DNA from: Phoronis australis
Lineage: Eukaryota; Animalia; Phoronida
Direction: 5' to 3'
Assembly (NCBI GenBank): GCA_002633005.1
Contig: NMRA01000076.1
Coordinates: 1,031,705 to 1,095,704, forward strand
DNA: 64,000 nucleotides
Below, in pieces: positions 62,401 to 64,000 of the stretch. Position 1 is the stretch's first letter; every line of letters starts with the position of its first letter. Under the pieces are notes generated by a model. It did not search any database and had not been told where the DNA came from. It saw only the letters and a program-made list of their open reading frames with translations. The position numbers were made by a program, and so were the translations under genes.

Positions 62401-63808
62401 AGATCGAGTCTTCTTTGGAGGTCATTTTTCCGCGAGTCCATGAAATTCCAGAACTCTTCGACCTTTGTAGTGTACTGGCCTACGAGAGATTGTGAGCAGA
62501 CATTTTGAAAACATTGAAAATTTAAGCCTAATGACATGACTGGTCTTTTCAGTACGTCCACCAGGACTATATGAAACTCAGGGATCTCAGACAGAGCCCT
62601 CTGGACTGCAATACCTCTGCAGCCTGTTACTGCCGATATTTAGCAAGTCATTTTAAGTTGTACCAATCCTTGTTGTTAAGCGGAATATGTCCTTGCCCTT
62701 CAGGAATTTTCGCATACACCTTCTTACAACCCTGGTTGGTTAGCAACTGTTTCATTTGTTAGTTCCACATAGACGTCTAGGCGCAAGTGGAAACAATAAC
62801 TAAATAATTTCATTAGAGGGACATAAAACTAATGAAGCTACAGGAGTAGTAAAAGGGATCTAAGACTCCTGTTTGTTGAAAATAGTTTATACGATTCATG
62901 ATGCTTCTTGGCTAAATCAATCCACCAAGTTTGGCTACCCACGTGGCACTGCAATAGGGGCGGTGGCGAAATTGGTCGCTAATAAGAAGGGGACGAGGCG
63001 AAGAAATGATGGAAGTGATACCATTATCGTCCCGACGACCAAGGTGCCGGAATCCTGTGCACGCCTCGTCGATATTTAAGAGACCGCTGACGCACGTTCC
63101 TTAATATGGTTGACACCGTAAAAATTGGGAACTGGGTTAAGTTAATTTTTTTCAAATGGCTAACATTCGTCTTACGTTTTGAAAAAAGTTAAAACTTAAC
63201 ATTAGTTTGCCTTTGAATAAAGAATTTAAGACCTCCATAGACCGACTGCGTTTCTTAGACCATTCCTCTTTGGATTTTGAGGTAATATTCTTGTGACATA
63301 TTATTGTCGCAGTAACACATATGATTGTCCCGACGTCAATATGTGTTGATGTTGACGGCATATATTTTCTGACTAGGTACTATTGTATATATTACCGTCG
63401 CGGGTGACAATATACGTAACAGTAGAATGCTCTGTTCGGGGTGAAGCCAGGCTGTCTCCCTGTCAAACTGATTTTAACTCGCTGTCGGAATTGCCTTTTC
63501 GTTACGGCAAATCCCGATCCACGTGGCAACTCTGTCAAGAGAGTGATTAGTTCTCATTTAAGTCCATGTTTTTCTATAAGTAAAAAGTTATAGTGCAGTG
63601 AGCAATTCAGTTTGTATACATCAAGTGTTACGATCAGAAACACGATTCTCTGCAATACCCGCGAATACACTCACTTTCTGCCTTGCAGAGCTTCAAAGTC
63701 TTTTGCTGCCGTCTATCCATTTCTCTTACAAGCCGGCTTACAACTTTTCCCATCTCTTTACAACACTGCATCTCGGCTTCATAGTACTTTGCCAGGTGGT
63801 TCTGCACC
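58934..63808 (-). CDS. 3' part of an unrecognised multi-exon gene (helical/coiled-coil region plus Ser/Thr/Pro-rich tail), 5'-partial
   Basis: Five GT-AG exons chain in matching phases: 63808-63675, 62479-62359, 61005-60621, 60285-60182 and 59498-58934 (stop TAA). Confidence 0.75.
60182..60285 (-). CDS. Exon LHKKADQQFDKTIQEADAAIDTVMGITSTDSLLG
   Basis: ttgcag| and |gtaact; phase 0 to 2. Confidence 0.75.
60621..61005 (-). CDS. Exon VNEFATNALP...ITECAE
   Basis: atttag| and |gtgagc; 385 nt open, phase 2 to 0. Confidence 0.72.
61343..61580. mobile_element. Complete MITE (CATGCACGCACCCA / TGGGTGCGCGCATG) with 5-bp TSD CAATC
   Basis: TIRs and TSD are both visible. Related partial copies lie at ~27450-27559 and ~57344-57450 (inverted). 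Confidence 0.75.
62359..62479 (-). CDS. Exon QYTTKVEEFWNFMDSRKNDLQRRLDLMKYDAERSMAVFK
   Basis: tcgtag| and |gtaagt; phase 1 to 2. Confidence 0.75.
63675..63808 (-). CDS. Exon VQNHLAKYYEAEMQCCKEMGKVVSRLVREMDRRQQKTLKLCKAE
   Basis: ttaaag| and |gtgagt; the phase-1 end matches the next exon. Confidence 0.7.
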
Positions 63809-64000
63809 CTTTAAATGAAAAGTACTTATGGGATTAACAAATCTGCATTTGGGATAATAATCTTTGCAGTACAATGAGCGAACATACCGTTAGACATTGA
63901 TTTAAAATACATTTCCAAAGTTGCGTGAGTTTTGAACTGGTACAGTGAGTGCAATAATTGTTTGTCTTGTTGATACATTGTTTTATCACAAAACATACTA

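Noticed and set aside
63152-63361. 69-aa ORF as an exon of the right-hand gene
   Set aside because: Exons 63675 and 62479 join in phase without it, and it has no convincing splice sites.

Overview
This is eukaryotic animal genomic DNA, AT-rich and spliced, with three N gaps. The TE families suggest a marine invertebrate, possibly a deuterostome (inference only). There are three protein-coding genes, all on the minus strand. (1) EIF4ENIF1/4E-T: 19 phase-consistent coding exons from 23531 down to 1245, about 921 codons, probably continuing past the left edge. (2) A single-coding-exon LRR transmembrane receptor (36817-39153) with a TLR-like ectodomain but no TIR domain. (3) The 3' five exons of an unrecognised protein (63808 to 58934). 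The rest is dense with transposon remnants: a Kolobok/THAP element, DINE-1/Helentron-like elements, a hAT relic that retains an intron, MITEs with 5-bp TSDs, an Academ element, a CR1/L2-group LINE, HERO/NeSL-type retroelements, Penelope pieces and a PBS-PPT LTR remnant. Mini- and microsatellites are also present. The most notable observations are a regularly spaced, co-oriented array of CTCF-consensus motifs in a 4E-T intron, tandem decayed copies of a 4E-T exon forming a candidate poison acceptor, and the TIR-less TLR-like receptor with a PDZ-binding tail. All calls come from manual reading; no database searches were run.
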